Part shown: positions 47,988-57,056 of the stretch, in pieces
Layout: every line of letters starts with the position of its first letter
Position numbering within the stretch: the stretch's first letter is position 1
Source: an uncultured Spirochaetales bacterium
GTDB lineage: Bacteria; UBP6; UBA1177
Reading direction: 5' to 3'
Assembly (NCBI GenBank): GCA_964630905.1
Contig: CAZVWR010000006.1
Span: forward strand, 6,232-70,231
Length of the DNA: 64,000 bases
The notes under the pieces: generated by a model
The model's database searches: none
Told to the model about the DNA's origin: nothing
The model's input: only the letters and a program-made list of their open reading frames with translations
Translations under genes and position numbers: made by a program

Positions 47988-48332
47988 GGGGACGACATGG
48001 TTTCGACGGGGAGGCTGGAGCTTTCAAGTTGCATGCCGAGGCGCCGCTGGCCTCGTAAAAAGCGGCAAAACAAGAAAAGCAAATAATTTTGCACTAGCAG
48101 CTTAAGCTGCTCGTCAGTCTGCGGTAATTCTCGCGGCTTCAGAACTGGCGCTAAACAGCGGGATAGCAAACTGAACCCCTCCGCAGGGTGAGGTAAGCGA
48201 AATCAAGTGCGGAAAAGTGTGACGGATCCTGCTGCCGGGAGCCCGATCACTTACTAAATCGGACAGCTAAGCATGTAGACGCTCGATTGACCCCCTTTTC
48301 GGACGCGGGTTCGATTCCCGCCGTCTCCACCA
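47988..48332 (+). ncRNA. ssrA: transfer-messenger RNA (tmRNA)
   Basis: 5' GGGGACGACATGGTTTCGACGGG. Conserved GCATGCCGAGG...GGCCTCGTAAAAAGCGGCAAAA. The tag reading frame at 48079-48105 (GCA AAT AAT TTT GCA CTA GCA GCT TAA) encodes ANNFALAA. The 3' T-arm and acceptor are GGACGCGGGTTCGATTCCCGCCGTCTCCACCA. Confidence 0.9.
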
Positions 48333-48446
48333 TTCGACTCGCTAAAGCTTTGGTTGGCAAAATATTCAAATTTATTCCTTTGACATAATTTTTTCTTAAT
48401 AGTATTCTGTTTTGATTGTTCAGTGTGTGATAATAAGGAGAAAAAA

Positions 48447-49013
48447 ATGGTTAAAAGATTCGATCCTGCAAAACTGCATGAGCTTGTGAAAGAAGTGGCA
48501 AATCTGGAAATGCCGAAAGAGGAGAAGTTCAAACTGCTTGTTCAGAAAATTGATCATGAATATCCCGGGAAGCTCAACAGAAAGGAATTTTCGTGGATCT
48601 TCAACAATGCTAACGGAGCAATGGGGATTATGACACTTTTATACGGATCTCTGAGCGAATATCTCATAATTTTCGGTTCACCGATCGGGACTGAAGGACA
48701 TTCAGGAAGATACTGGGCGAATGTTCACGACATAATGATCGAAGGGGAGATGTGGACTTATGATGAAGGAACTATTGACCGCAAGGTTTTCAAGCCGGGT
48801 GACTGGGCGCATCTGAAGTTCAGAAGATCAAAGGGCTACTGCATCCGCGAAGAAGGCTGGATGCTTGAATATACATCGGGCGCTATTCCTACAATGCTTC
48901 CGATGGGAATATGGGACAACCTTTTCAGCAATCTTGACCTCAAAAGCGTAGTTCAGCTTTTCTGGCAGTACGGCGGCATGGTGATAAAAAATCTGTTAAG
49001 AGGAAGATTCTGA
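48447..49013 (+). CDS. ERG2 / sigma-1-receptor family protein (bacterial homolog lacking the N-terminal TM helix)
   Basis: Long colinear match to human sigma-1 receptor / fungal ERG2 C-terminal cupin region: [42 protein letters not shown] versus [42 protein letters not shown]; also [16 protein letters not shown] versus TWMVEYGRGVIPSTL. Strong RBS AAGGAG before the ATG at 48447. Confidence 0.75.
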   Translation: [188 protein letters not shown]

Positions 49014-49017
49014 AAAT

Positions 49018-49866
49018 ATGAAGGATTATTTTTCAAAATTTTCCTTTCTGCTGGACCTTGTTTCTTTCGGTGCAGTAGTAATTTTTGCAAACTATATGGA
49101 ATGGACGGCAAAAGATCTGCTATGGAGTTTGTGGATAAGCAGTCTGACAATCGGTTATTTCACTCTTTTAGCAGGTATCGGCGGAAATATGATCAGGGGA
49201 AGGATGGCTGATGAGCAGATCCCACAGAATGAAAGTAAAAACGAAAAGCAAGTTCCACCAGGAGCACCTCTTGCTGTGTTTTTCCTTATACCGATCGTGG
49301 CAATATTCCGGTTTTCAATTATCACCCTTATTTTTGCTGTTTTAGCCGCAATAAGTGTTACGGCGGCAGTCATTAAGTACAAAAGGGAACGGGCAGGACT
49401 GGATAACGACCATTTTTTAATCAATTTTATGCTTAATTTCCCAGCCGGTTTATTTCTACTCATTTTTTTTACGATCCATTTCGGCGGATTTCATTTTGTC
49501 CACAGCATTTTTCTTAACGGCATGTTCCCGATATTAAATGAAACTCCGTTCGGTAAGACTCCCGGTCAAACCGGATTTTTCTTTTTTGATCTAATTGAGG
49601 TAAGCTTCCGTAATTACTGGCTTTTTATTGTTGCAAGCGCCGCGTCATCATTTGAGAGCATTTTTAAAACGATGAAAGGGCGTGAGATAAATTTCATGCT
49701 TGAGCCGTATAAAAATGTCGTAAAAATGCATTTAATGATTTTTGTCATCGCCTTTGCAGGAATGGCAGGACTTTATAATTTCATACTTTATGCAACGCTC
49801 ATCCTCTATTTTTTTCCTGTCGGGAAAATGATCAGAAAAAAGAAAACAGATGCTGTCTCTGTTTGA
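49018..49866 (+). CDS. polytopic integral membrane protein of unknown function
   Basis: 282 aa, at least six hydrophobic segments. It starts 5 nt after the ERG2-like stop, so it is probably co-transcribed. Confidence 0.5.
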   Translation: MKDYFSKFSFLLDLVSFGAVVIFANYMEWTAKDLLWSLWISSLTIGYFTLLAGIGGNMIRGRMADEQIPQNESKNEKQVPPGAPLAVFFLIPIVAIFRFSIITLIFAVLAAISVTAAVIKYKRERAGLDNDHFLINFMLNFPAGLFLLIFFTIHFGGFHFVHSIFLNGMFPILNETPFGKTPGQTGFFFFDLIEVSFRNYWLFIVASAASSFESIFKTMKGREINFMLEPYKNVVKMHLMIFVIAFAGMAGLYNFILYATLILYFFPVGKMIRKKKTDAVSV

Positions 49867-49925
49867 CATTTACAGTAACAATTCTTATCATATCGATGCT
49901 TTTAATTTGCAGAGGGAGGGAGTCT

Positions 49926-51308
49926 ATGAAAAGATTTTTTGCAACACTTGTTTTATTAATGTTTATTTTCACAACAGGGTGTGATGAATCAAAAACCAAA
50001 AAACCGGCAAATGATTCAAATAACGACACTTCAGATAACGATTCTTCAACAGATGATGAAGAAACAGATGATGAAGAAACAGGTGACTGCGGAAACAACA
50101 TTGTAGAAACCGGCGAAATATGTGACGGCGGACTCAAAAACTGTACAGAGATAAATCCGGCGCTCTACATTTCAGGCAAGGCAAAATGTAAAAGCGACTG
50201 TTCAGGCTGGGACACTGTCACTTGCGAAGAGACCGATGCTGTCTGCGGCAACGAAACAGTTGAAGTTCCTGAAGTTTGTGACGGAAATATCGAGAACTGT
50301 ATTGATATTGATCCTTTAAAATATAAAGGCGGAAAAGCTAAGTGCAACAGAAACTGTGACGGTTTTGATACAATAACCTGTGAAGAGCTTGACGACTACT
50401 GCGGTGACGGAAAGATATCAAACACTGAATTTTGTGACGGGGATCTTAAAGCATGCATTGATATTGACAGCAAAATATATTCAGGTGGAACGGCTGAATG
50501 CAAAGATGACTGTTCCGGTTATGATGTTGCAGACTGTGTTGAGATAGTTGCTGTATGCGGAGATGAAAAGGTTGAAGGCAAGGAGGTTTGTGAAAAAGGG
50601 GAACTTAAAAACTGCGTTGAAATAAACTCAACCCTGTACAAAGGCGGCAAGGCATACTGTGAAGATGACTGCAGTGCGTGGGATGCAATAACATGCGAAG
50701 AAAAAGGGAGTATTCTGTTTTCAGATGATTTTGAGAACGGTGACTCAAAATGGACTCTCACCGGTGACTGGGAGATCGGGTATCCCTATTATGATATTTC
50801 GGGAGTGACGGTTAATGAAGCCGTGAGCGGTGACCAAGTCCTTGCAACCAAACTGACAGACGGTTACACTGTGAAAGTGATCAGCATTGCCGCAATAAAA
50901 GACAAGATAACGATTCCTGAGACAGGGAATTTTGTCCTCACTTTTTCTGCTTATGTGAATACTGATTATGATGCAGGAACCAGTTCAGATGCCAACAGCT
51001 GGTTTGACGGAATGATAGTGACCTATGCTTCCGGTCTTGAAGCTCCGGTGGAAATTCCGCCAAGCACAGACAATGCAGATCTGATCGGATCTTTCAAAGG
51101 ACTTACCGACGGAACAAATTATACAACTTTCTCAGGTGTTCGGGGAACAAGTGTGAATAACTCCTATTCAAAGTTTTCCTATGATCTCTCTTCGATCTCA
51201 GGAAAAACAGTGACAATAGAGTTTAAATTTTATTCTGATACCATTCAGGGCGGAAGCGGAAGTTTTCCCGGAATATATATTGATGATGTTGTAATTGCGG
51301 AAGAATAA
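49926..51308 (+). CDS. lipoprotein with five six-cysteine repeats (paralog of 15550-16869), plus a C-terminal domain
   Basis: RBS GGGAGGGAG precedes the ATG at 49926. Lipobox FTTGCDES. Five CGN..VE.GE.CDG....C..I....Y.GG.A.C...C.G.D...CEE modules. The C-terminal ~200 aa (DFENGDSKWTLTGDWEIG...) are unassigned. Confidence 0.6.
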   Translation: MKRFFATLVLLMFIFTTGCDESKTKKPANDSNNDTSDNDSSTDDEETDDEETGDCGNNIVETGEICDGGLKNCTEINPALYISGKAKCKSDCSGWDTVTCEETDAVCGNETVEVPEVCDGNIENCIDIDPLKYKGGKAKCNRNCDGFDTITCEELDDYCGDGKISNTEFCDGDLKACIDIDSKIYSGGTAECKDDCSGYDVADCVEIVAVCGDEKVEGKEVCEKGELKNCVEINSTLYKGGKAYCEDDCSAWDAITCEEKGSILFSDDFENGDSKWTLTGDWEIGYPYYDISGVTVNEAVSGDQVLATKLTDGYTVKVISIAAIKDKITIPETGNFVLTFSAYVNTDYDAGTSSDANSWFDGMIVTYASGLEAPVEIPPSTDNADLIGSFKGLTDGTNYTTFSGVRGTSVNNSYSKFSYDLSSISGKTVTIEFKFYSDTIQGGSGSFPGIYIDDVVIAEE

Positions 51309-51318
51309 GGAGGACAAA

Positions 51319-52842
51319 GTGTCTGATACTCAAAAAGTGATTTTAGTGATTCTTGATGGTTTCGGGATCAGGGAAAGCAGTGATTTCAATGCAGTGAAAA
51401 TTGCAAAAAAGCCGAATATTGACAGGCTGTTAAAAGAGTGTCCGTCAACTACTCTTGACGGTTCGGGGTTATCTGTCGGGCTTCCGAGAGGGCAGATGGG
51501 TAACAGCGAAGTAGGGCACATGAATATCGGCGCAGGAAGAGTTGTATATCAGGATCTGACAAAAATTGATAAAGCGATAGAAGATGGCGAATTTGTTAAG
51601 AATTCCGTTTTGATGGATGTTGCAAAAAAGCTTAAAGTATGCGGCGGAAAACTGCATCTGATGGGACTTGTTTCTCCTGGCGGAGTTCACAGTTCGATGG
51701 ATCATCTCCACGCCATTCTTGAATTTGGAAAGAAAGAGCAGATTAATGTTGTTCTGCACTGTTTTCTTGACGGTCGTGATACGCCGCCTCAAAGTGCGGT
51801 TGATTATATCCGCGAACTTGAAAAAAAGATGAAAGATGAAGATCTTGGCGTTATCGGCACAGTAACAGGCAGATTTTATGCGATGGACAGAGATAACCGC
51901 TGGGAAAGAGTTGAAAAAGCTTATAATGCACTACTTCTGGGAGATGGACTTAACGCCAAGAGCGGCCTTGAAGCGGTTGAACAGTCATATAAGCGCGGCG
52001 AAAACGATGAGTTTGTGAAACCGACTGTAATTGTTGATGAATCAGGCAGTCCGAAAGGGTTGATGAATGACGGTGACGCAGTAATATTCTTTAATTTCAG
52101 ATCTGATCGCGCCAGAGAGATATCTGCTGCTCTTAACTTTGATGATTTTGATAGCTTTGAAAGAAAAAAGAGAGCAAAATTCTGCGTTTATGCCACAATG
52201 ACAAGATACAGAGCCGATTTTCCTTTTCCAGTTCTTTATGATGCTGAGAAGTTGACTAACATTCTTGGTGAAGTGATAAGTAAAAGCGGCAAAACACAAC
52301 TCAGAATTGCTGAAACAGAAAAATATGCCCATGTCACATTCTTTTTCAATGGCGGCAAAGAGAGCGTTTTTGAAGGTGAGGAGAGGATACTTGTTCCTTC
52401 ACCCAAAATTGAAACTTATGACCTTAAACCCGAAATGAGTGCCTATGAAGTGACAGACAAACTCATTGATTGTATTGAGAAATATGATCTTGTCATCCTT
52501 AATTTCGCAAACCCCGACATGGTAGGGCACACCGGAATATTAAGTGCCGCAGTCAAAGCCATAGAAGCAGTTGACGAATGTGTAGGCAGAATAACCCGGA
52601 AAATAAAAGAAGAAGGACGGGTAATGATCGTCACAGCAGATCACGGCAACAGCGAACAGATGATCGATGAAGTGACAAAAGCTCCCCACACAGCACACAC
52701 CACAAACCCCGTACCCTTTGTTATCTGTAATTATCCGGTTGAAAAACTCAATCCTGGCATACTCGCCGACATCGCCCCCACCATCCTCAAAATAATGAAC
52801 ATCCCGATCCCGAAAGAAATGACCGGGAAGGTACTTTTTTAA
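51319..52842 (+). CDS. gpmI: 2,3-bisphosphoglycerate-independent phosphoglycerate mutase
   Basis: N-terminal KVILVILDGFG and overall iPGM architecture, about 508 aa. The probable start is the GTG at 51319, 6 nt after the RBS AAGGAGG; the ORF track starts at 51295. Confidence 0.85.
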   Translation: MSDTQKVILVILDGFGIRESSDFNAVKIAKKPNIDRLLKECPSTTLDGSGLSVGLPRGQMGNSEVGHMNIGAGRVVYQDLTKIDKAIEDGEFVKNSVLMDVAKKLKVCGGKLHLMGLVSPGGVHSSMDHLHAILEFGKKEQINVVLHCFLDGRDTPPQSAVDYIRELEKKMKDEDLGVIGTVTGRFYAMDRDNRWERVEKAYNALLLGDGLNAKSGLEAVEQSYKRGENDEFVKPTVIVDESGSPKGLMNDGDAVIFFNFRSDRAREISAALNFDDFDSFERKKRAKFCVYATMTRYRADFPFPVLYDAEKLTNILGEVISKSGKTQLRIAETEKYAHVTFFFNGGKESVFEGEERILVPSPKIETYDLKPEMSAYEVTDKLIDCIEKYDLVILNFANPDMVGHTGILSAAVKAIEAVDECVGRITRKIKEEGRVMIVTADHGNSEQMIDEVTKAPHTAHTTNPVPFVICNYPVEKLNPGILADIAPTILKIMNIPIPKEMTGKVLF

Positions 52843-52851
52843 GGAGGTGTT

Positions 52852-53541
52852 TTGTCTGACTCTGAACTCTTAATACCAAATCATGGCGGTTATAGGAACC
52901 TCAAAAGTTTTAAGGTTTCTCAACTGGTTTATGATTTGACAGTGCGTTTCTGTGACAAATTTATTGATAAAAAGAGCAGAACTCATGATCAGATGGTTCA
53001 AGCTGCAAGGAGTGGCGTTCAAAATATTGCGGAAGGTTCACAGGCATCAGGAGCTTCAAAGAAATTTGAATTGAAGCTTACCAGTGTTGCAAGAGCCAGT
53101 CTTGAAGAGTTGAAACTTGATTATGAAGACTTTTTGAGACAGAGAAAATTGTCAGTTTGGACAAAAGATGAACCATTGAAAAAAGAGTTGGTTGATAAAA
53201 GGTTTGAAAATGCTGATGATGTTATCAGGTGGATAAAGGAAAAAAGTTTAGACAGTGTAAATAGACAAAATGGACGGAATGGACAGAGTGGACAGAAAAA
53301 TATAGATAAACCGTCCATTGAGTCCACTAAGTCTATTGAGTCGACTGAAGTTGCTGAGTCTTCTTTTAAATATCAGACTGTTGAAGCAGTTGCAGCGAAT
53401 TCAATTCTTGTTTTGATTTCGGTTGCCTGTTTTCTTCTGGACAGGCAGATTTCACGGCTTGCCGAAGATTTTGAAAAAGAGGGTGGTTTCACTGAGCGGC
53501 TTTACAGGGTTAGGAGTGCGAAGAGGAAATGGGGCAAATGA
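52852..53541 (+). CDS. four-helix-bundle protein (23S rRNA intervening-sequence / Avd-like family) with a ~110-aa C-terminal extension
   Basis: The N-terminal ~115 aa match the family hallmarks: QAARSGVQNIAEGSQASG and VARASLEELKLDYEDF. TTG start with RBS AAGGAGG. The C-terminal half has an IESTKSIESTE repeat and a hydrophobic segment ILVLISVACFLL. Confidence 0.6.
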   Translation: MSDSELLIPNHGGYRNLKSFKVSQLVYDLTVRFCDKFIDKKSRTHDQMVQAARSGVQNIAEGSQASGASKKFELKLTSVARASLEELKLDYEDFLRQRKLSVWTKDEPLKKELVDKRFENADDVIRWIKEKSLDSVNRQNGRNGQSGQKNIDKPSIESTKSIESTEVAESSFKYQTVEAVAANSILVLISVACFLLDRQISRLAEDFEKEGGFTERLYRVRSAKRKWGK

Positions 53542-53677
53542 TGAAAGATCGGAAAGAGAAGAAAAAATCAAAGACAATTTGGCGTGGAGTTATTTTATTT
53601 ATTTTTTCGATGGTTTTGGGGTTGAATTAATAATGATAAAACATTAAGAGATGTTAGAATTAATAACGGAGAAATGT

Positions 53678-55450
53678 ATGTCTCAAAAGATTGAAAGTGA
53701 CAAGCTGCTGGTAAAGGATGTTTTTACAAAGTGGTATAGAATTCCAGAGTATCAGCGTCCTTATGTTTGGGGGTCTGATCAAGTGATTGAGCTGTTGGAT
53801 GATGTGTATCAAGCAAGCAGCACGAATCCCCAATCTCAATATTTTCTTGGTTCGATGGTTCTGAGAAAAAGACAAAAAAAAGAAGGTTCTCTTGAATATG
53901 AAGAGTTTGACTTGCTTGATGGACAACAACGGCTAACCACCTTGTTTCTTCTTACTGCTGTAGTGCGAGATTTAACCCCATCAACAAACAAAAGCAGGAT
54001 TGAAACATGTAGAAATAGCATTTTCCAGATGGAAAACAGTGATGACAACATTCCCGAAAGAATGAGAATCGTTTTTGACATAAGAGATAAGGTTCGAGAT
54101 TTTATAAATAATTTTGTTAAAAATGATAAAAGCACAGAAAACGAGGATGAATTAAAATCACTTTCAGTAAAAAAAGACGAAGATATCTCAATAAGAAATA
54201 TGGCCAATGCAATCTTAGAAATGAGAAAATACTTTAGCAATAATAGCAAGTCTATTGATAATTTTTTCCCGTATTTGCGTTCTAATGTGTTGATGATTTA
54301 TGTTGCTGCAGAAGAACTTGAAGATGCCTTCCATCTCTTTACAGTGATGAACAACAGGGGCATTAAGCTGAGAAATAGTGATATTTTAAAAGCCGAAAAT
54401 CTTGCACTAGTTAAGAATGAAGTTGACAGGTCTTCTTACGCTAGAAAATGGGAAAATATTGAAGAGTTTTTTGGTGAAGATTTTGATAATTTCCTTTCTC
54501 ATATTAGAACAATTCTTGTTAAATCCAAAGCAGGATATAATTTGTTAAAGGAGTTCGAAGAAAATATCTATAATCCGCGTGAATTTGACCGTGAAATAAA
54601 AGAATATAAAAGTAAGCCGGCATTGTTGACAAAAGGAAAGGAAACATTTGATTTTATTGGAAAATACCATGAGCACTACAAATTTCTTTTTGAAGATGAA
54701 AATTACCAGATAAACAATAATTTTGAGTTTCACAACCTAATTGTTCTTATGAAAAAAGGATTTGAGGCTGATTTTTGGATAGCGCCTCTTTTACGGTATT
54801 ATGATAAATTCAGAACAAATAACTTGGTTGAATTTTTAAAAAAGCTTGATAACAAGTTTTCATCAGACTGGATAATAGGACTGACTCCTACTTCCAGAAT
54901 AGAAAATGTGAATGCTATAATTAGGAAAATAGACAATTCAGATAAATCGGAGGCAGTTTTAAATTCTAAGACCTTGCAAATCAATATTGATAGACTAATT
55001 GATGCTATACATTCACCAATGTATGGTAGAAGGTGTGCAAAGTATATTATGTTAAAAATAGATAAAATTATTTTGGGTAGTAGCACAAAGCTTAATCCTC
55101 CAGAAACGGTTAGCATTGAACATATACTTCCACGGAATCCAAGTCCAGGAAGTGAATGGCTAAAAATATTTAATGAGTCAGAGCGAGAAGAGCTTACAGA
55201 TAAAATTGGCAACCTAATGTTGATCTCCCGGAGAAAGAATTCTTCTCTAAATAACTATGATTTCAAGTTTAAAAAAGAGAAATACTTTAAAGAAAACATA
55301 GAATTATTTAGCAATTCAATAAGAATATACAAGGATAACTCGAATTGGTCTCCAGACAGCCTGAAAAAAAATCATTTATTCCTTTTAAAAGAAATAGCGA
55401 AGGAGTATGGTTTTTCTCTAAGCGAAGAATTTATGAAGACTTATGAATAA
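53678..55450 (+). CDS. GmrSD-family type IV (modification-dependent) restriction endonuclease: DUF262 ParB-like N-domain fused to a DUF1524 HNH-like C-domain
   Basis: N-terminal DUF262 motifs WYRIPEYQRPYVWG and DGQQRLTTL. C-terminal DUF1524 His-Me finger SIEHILPRNP...NLMLISRRKNSSLNN. The RBS GGAG precedes the ATG at 53678; the ORF track starts at 53651. Confidence 0.8.
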   Translation: MSQKIESDKLLVKDVFTKWYRIPEYQRPYVWGSDQVIELLDDVYQASSTNPQSQYFLGSMVLRKRQKKEGSLEYEEFDLLDGQQRLTTLFLLTAVVRDLTPSTNKSRIETCRNSIFQMENSDDNIPERMRIVFDIRDKVRDFINNFVKNDKSTENEDELKSLSVKKDEDISIRNMANAILEMRKYFSNNSKSIDNFFPYLRSNVLMIYVAAEELEDAFHLFTVMNNRGIKLRNSDILKAENLALVKNEVDRSSYARKWENIEEFFGEDFDNFLSHIRTILVKSKAGYNLLKEFEENIYNPREFDREIKEYKSKPALLTKGKETFDFIGKYHEHYKFLFEDENYQINNNFEFHNLIVLMKKGFEADFWIAPLLRYYDKFRTNNLVEFLKKLDNKFSSDWIIGLTPTSRIENVNAIIRKIDNSDKSEAVLNSKTLQINIDRLIDAIHSPMYGRRCAKYIMLKIDKIILGSSTKLNPPETVSIEHILPRNPSPGSEWLKIFNESEREELTDKIGNLMLISRRKNSSLNNYDFKFKKEKYFKENIELFSNSIRIYKDNSNWSPDSLKKNHLFLLKEIAKEYGFSLSEEFMKTYE

Positions 55451-57056
55451 TAATATTAACCCCCAATACGACACAATAATCATAGGTGCGGGACTTAGCG
55501 GTCTGACTTGCGGAGCGCTGCTCAGTCGTGCCGGGATGAAAGTTGCTGTGCTTGAAATGGATGCGAAACCCGGTGGTTATCTTGCGGGTTTTGAAAGGAA
55601 GGGTTTCCGTTTTGATTCTTCGATCCACTGGCTTAATCAATGTGGTGAAAACGGTCTTGTGACAAGGGTTTTTAATGCGATAGATACTGATCATCCGAAA
55701 GTTTCTTTGCAGCAAAACATCAGAAAAACGGTGACAGATTCGTTCAGTTATCTTCTTACAAACAATCCAGATGAATTGAGAGATGCTCTGATTGAAAAGT
55801 TCCCTCATGAAAAGAGCGGAATAATGCGGTTTTTTAAAGATGCATGGAAGATCGCAAAAGGTTTTAAAAATTACGGAAGCAGTTTTCGCAGTATGCAGAC
55901 AAGGGATCTTTTTGAAAAGCCGTATTACGGATTGAAAATGGCAAAGTTCGGGCTGACATTCATTCCGCACGCTTTCTACGGTGGGGATGAAGGGGTTATT
56001 AAAGGTCTGAAAAGATATTTCAGCGATCCGGATCTTCTTAAATTCTGGTCTGCCGAAAGCGATCTTCTTTCGTGTCTTATCCCTATCGCATGGGCTTACA
56101 ACAAAGATTTTCAGCTTCCTCCGACTGGTGGCGGACAGGTTTTTGCAAACTGGCTTTCAGGATCAATTGTTAAATCAGGCGGGGATATATTTTATAAAAC
56201 AAAAGCAGGGAAAATTGTTAATGCCCGGAAAAAAGCAGTTCAGGTAATTGCAAATAATAATGGAACTGAACTTAAATTTGATGCCCGTTTTGTAGTTGCG
56301 GCAATGGATGTGGAAACCCTTTATGAAAAAATAATGGACATTTCACTTTCTGAAGACAAGTTCCTGAAAAGATTGAGAAATGCAGAGCTTTACAGTTCAG
56401 CGGTAACAGTCTCGATCGGGCTTGACTGTCCTGCGGAATCGCTTGGATTTAATGATGATCTGACATTGATATCAAAAGAGAACATAAAGAGGTCTGACCA
56501 TATCTGCAGCGATCCTTTGAAAAGCGACATATCGGTTTTTTCTCCTTCAGTCAGAGACAGTTCAATGGCTCCTGCCGGTAAAGGGACTCTCACAATATAC
56601 TGTCCTGCATATTACAGTGATTTCAAAGAGTTATCTAAAGATGAATATGTGAAATTCAAAAATGATTTTGCACGGATTCTCATTGACCGTGTTGAAACGG
56701 CATTATCAAAAGAGATCCAATCTCATATTGAGTTCATGGATGTTGCAACTCCTGTCACATATCACCGCTACACAGGTAACAGAGAAGGCGTAATGATGGG
56801 TGCAAGACCGGGAAAGGCAAATTATAAAGCAAAAATAGCACATTACAAAACGCCGCTTGAAAATGTTTTCCTGTGCGGTCACTGGTCTGCTCTGGGCGGA
56901 GGTGTTCCTATCGCAGTTTCAACTGCTGCAAATGCGGCATTGCTTGTCCTGAAAAAGGATAAAAGCACTGTTTTTAAACCGCTTGGTAAATATTTTGACG
57001 GTTCAGTTTCAGTTCAAGACTTTAATAAGTATTTGAAAAGATCGAAAAATATCTAG
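55443..57056 (+). CDS. FAD-dependent oxidoreductase of the phytoene-desaturase (CrtI-like) family
   Basis: N-terminal dinucleotide-binding YDTIIIGAGLSGLTCGALLSRAGMKVAVLEMDAKPGGY. 537 aa. It overlaps the GmrSD gene by 8 bp. Confidence 0.7.
   Translation: MNNNINPQYDTIIIGAGLSGLTCGALLSRAGMKVAVLEMDAKPGGYLAGFERKGFRFDSSIHWLNQCGENGLVTRVFNAIDTDHPKVSLQQNIRKTVTDSFSYLLTNNPDELRDALIEKFPHEKSGIMRFFKDAWKIAKGFKNYGSSFRSMQTRDLFEKPYYGLKMAKFGLTFIPHAFYGGDEGVIKGLKRYFSDPDLLKFWSAESDLLSCLIPIAWAYNKDFQLPPTGGGQVFANWLSGSIVKSGGDIFYKTKAGKIVNARKKAVQVIANNNGTELKFDARFVVAAMDVETLYEKIMDISLSEDKFLKRLRNAELYSSAVTVSIGLDCPAESLGFNDDLTLISKENIKRSDHICSDPLKSDISVFSPSVRDSSMAPAGKGTLTIYCPAYYSDFKELSKDEYVKFKNDFARILIDRVETALSKEIQSHIEFMDVATPVTYHRYTGNREGVMMGARPGKANYKAKIAHYKTPLENVFLCGHWSALGGGVPIAVSTAANAALLVLKKDKSTVFKPLGKYFDGSVSVQDFNKYLKRSKNI

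Noticed and set aside
47849-48169. ORFs 47849-48058, 47889-48086 and 47918-48169
   Set aside because: They overlap the 5' half of the tmRNA, whose secondary-structure elements and tag reading frame are clearly recognisable.
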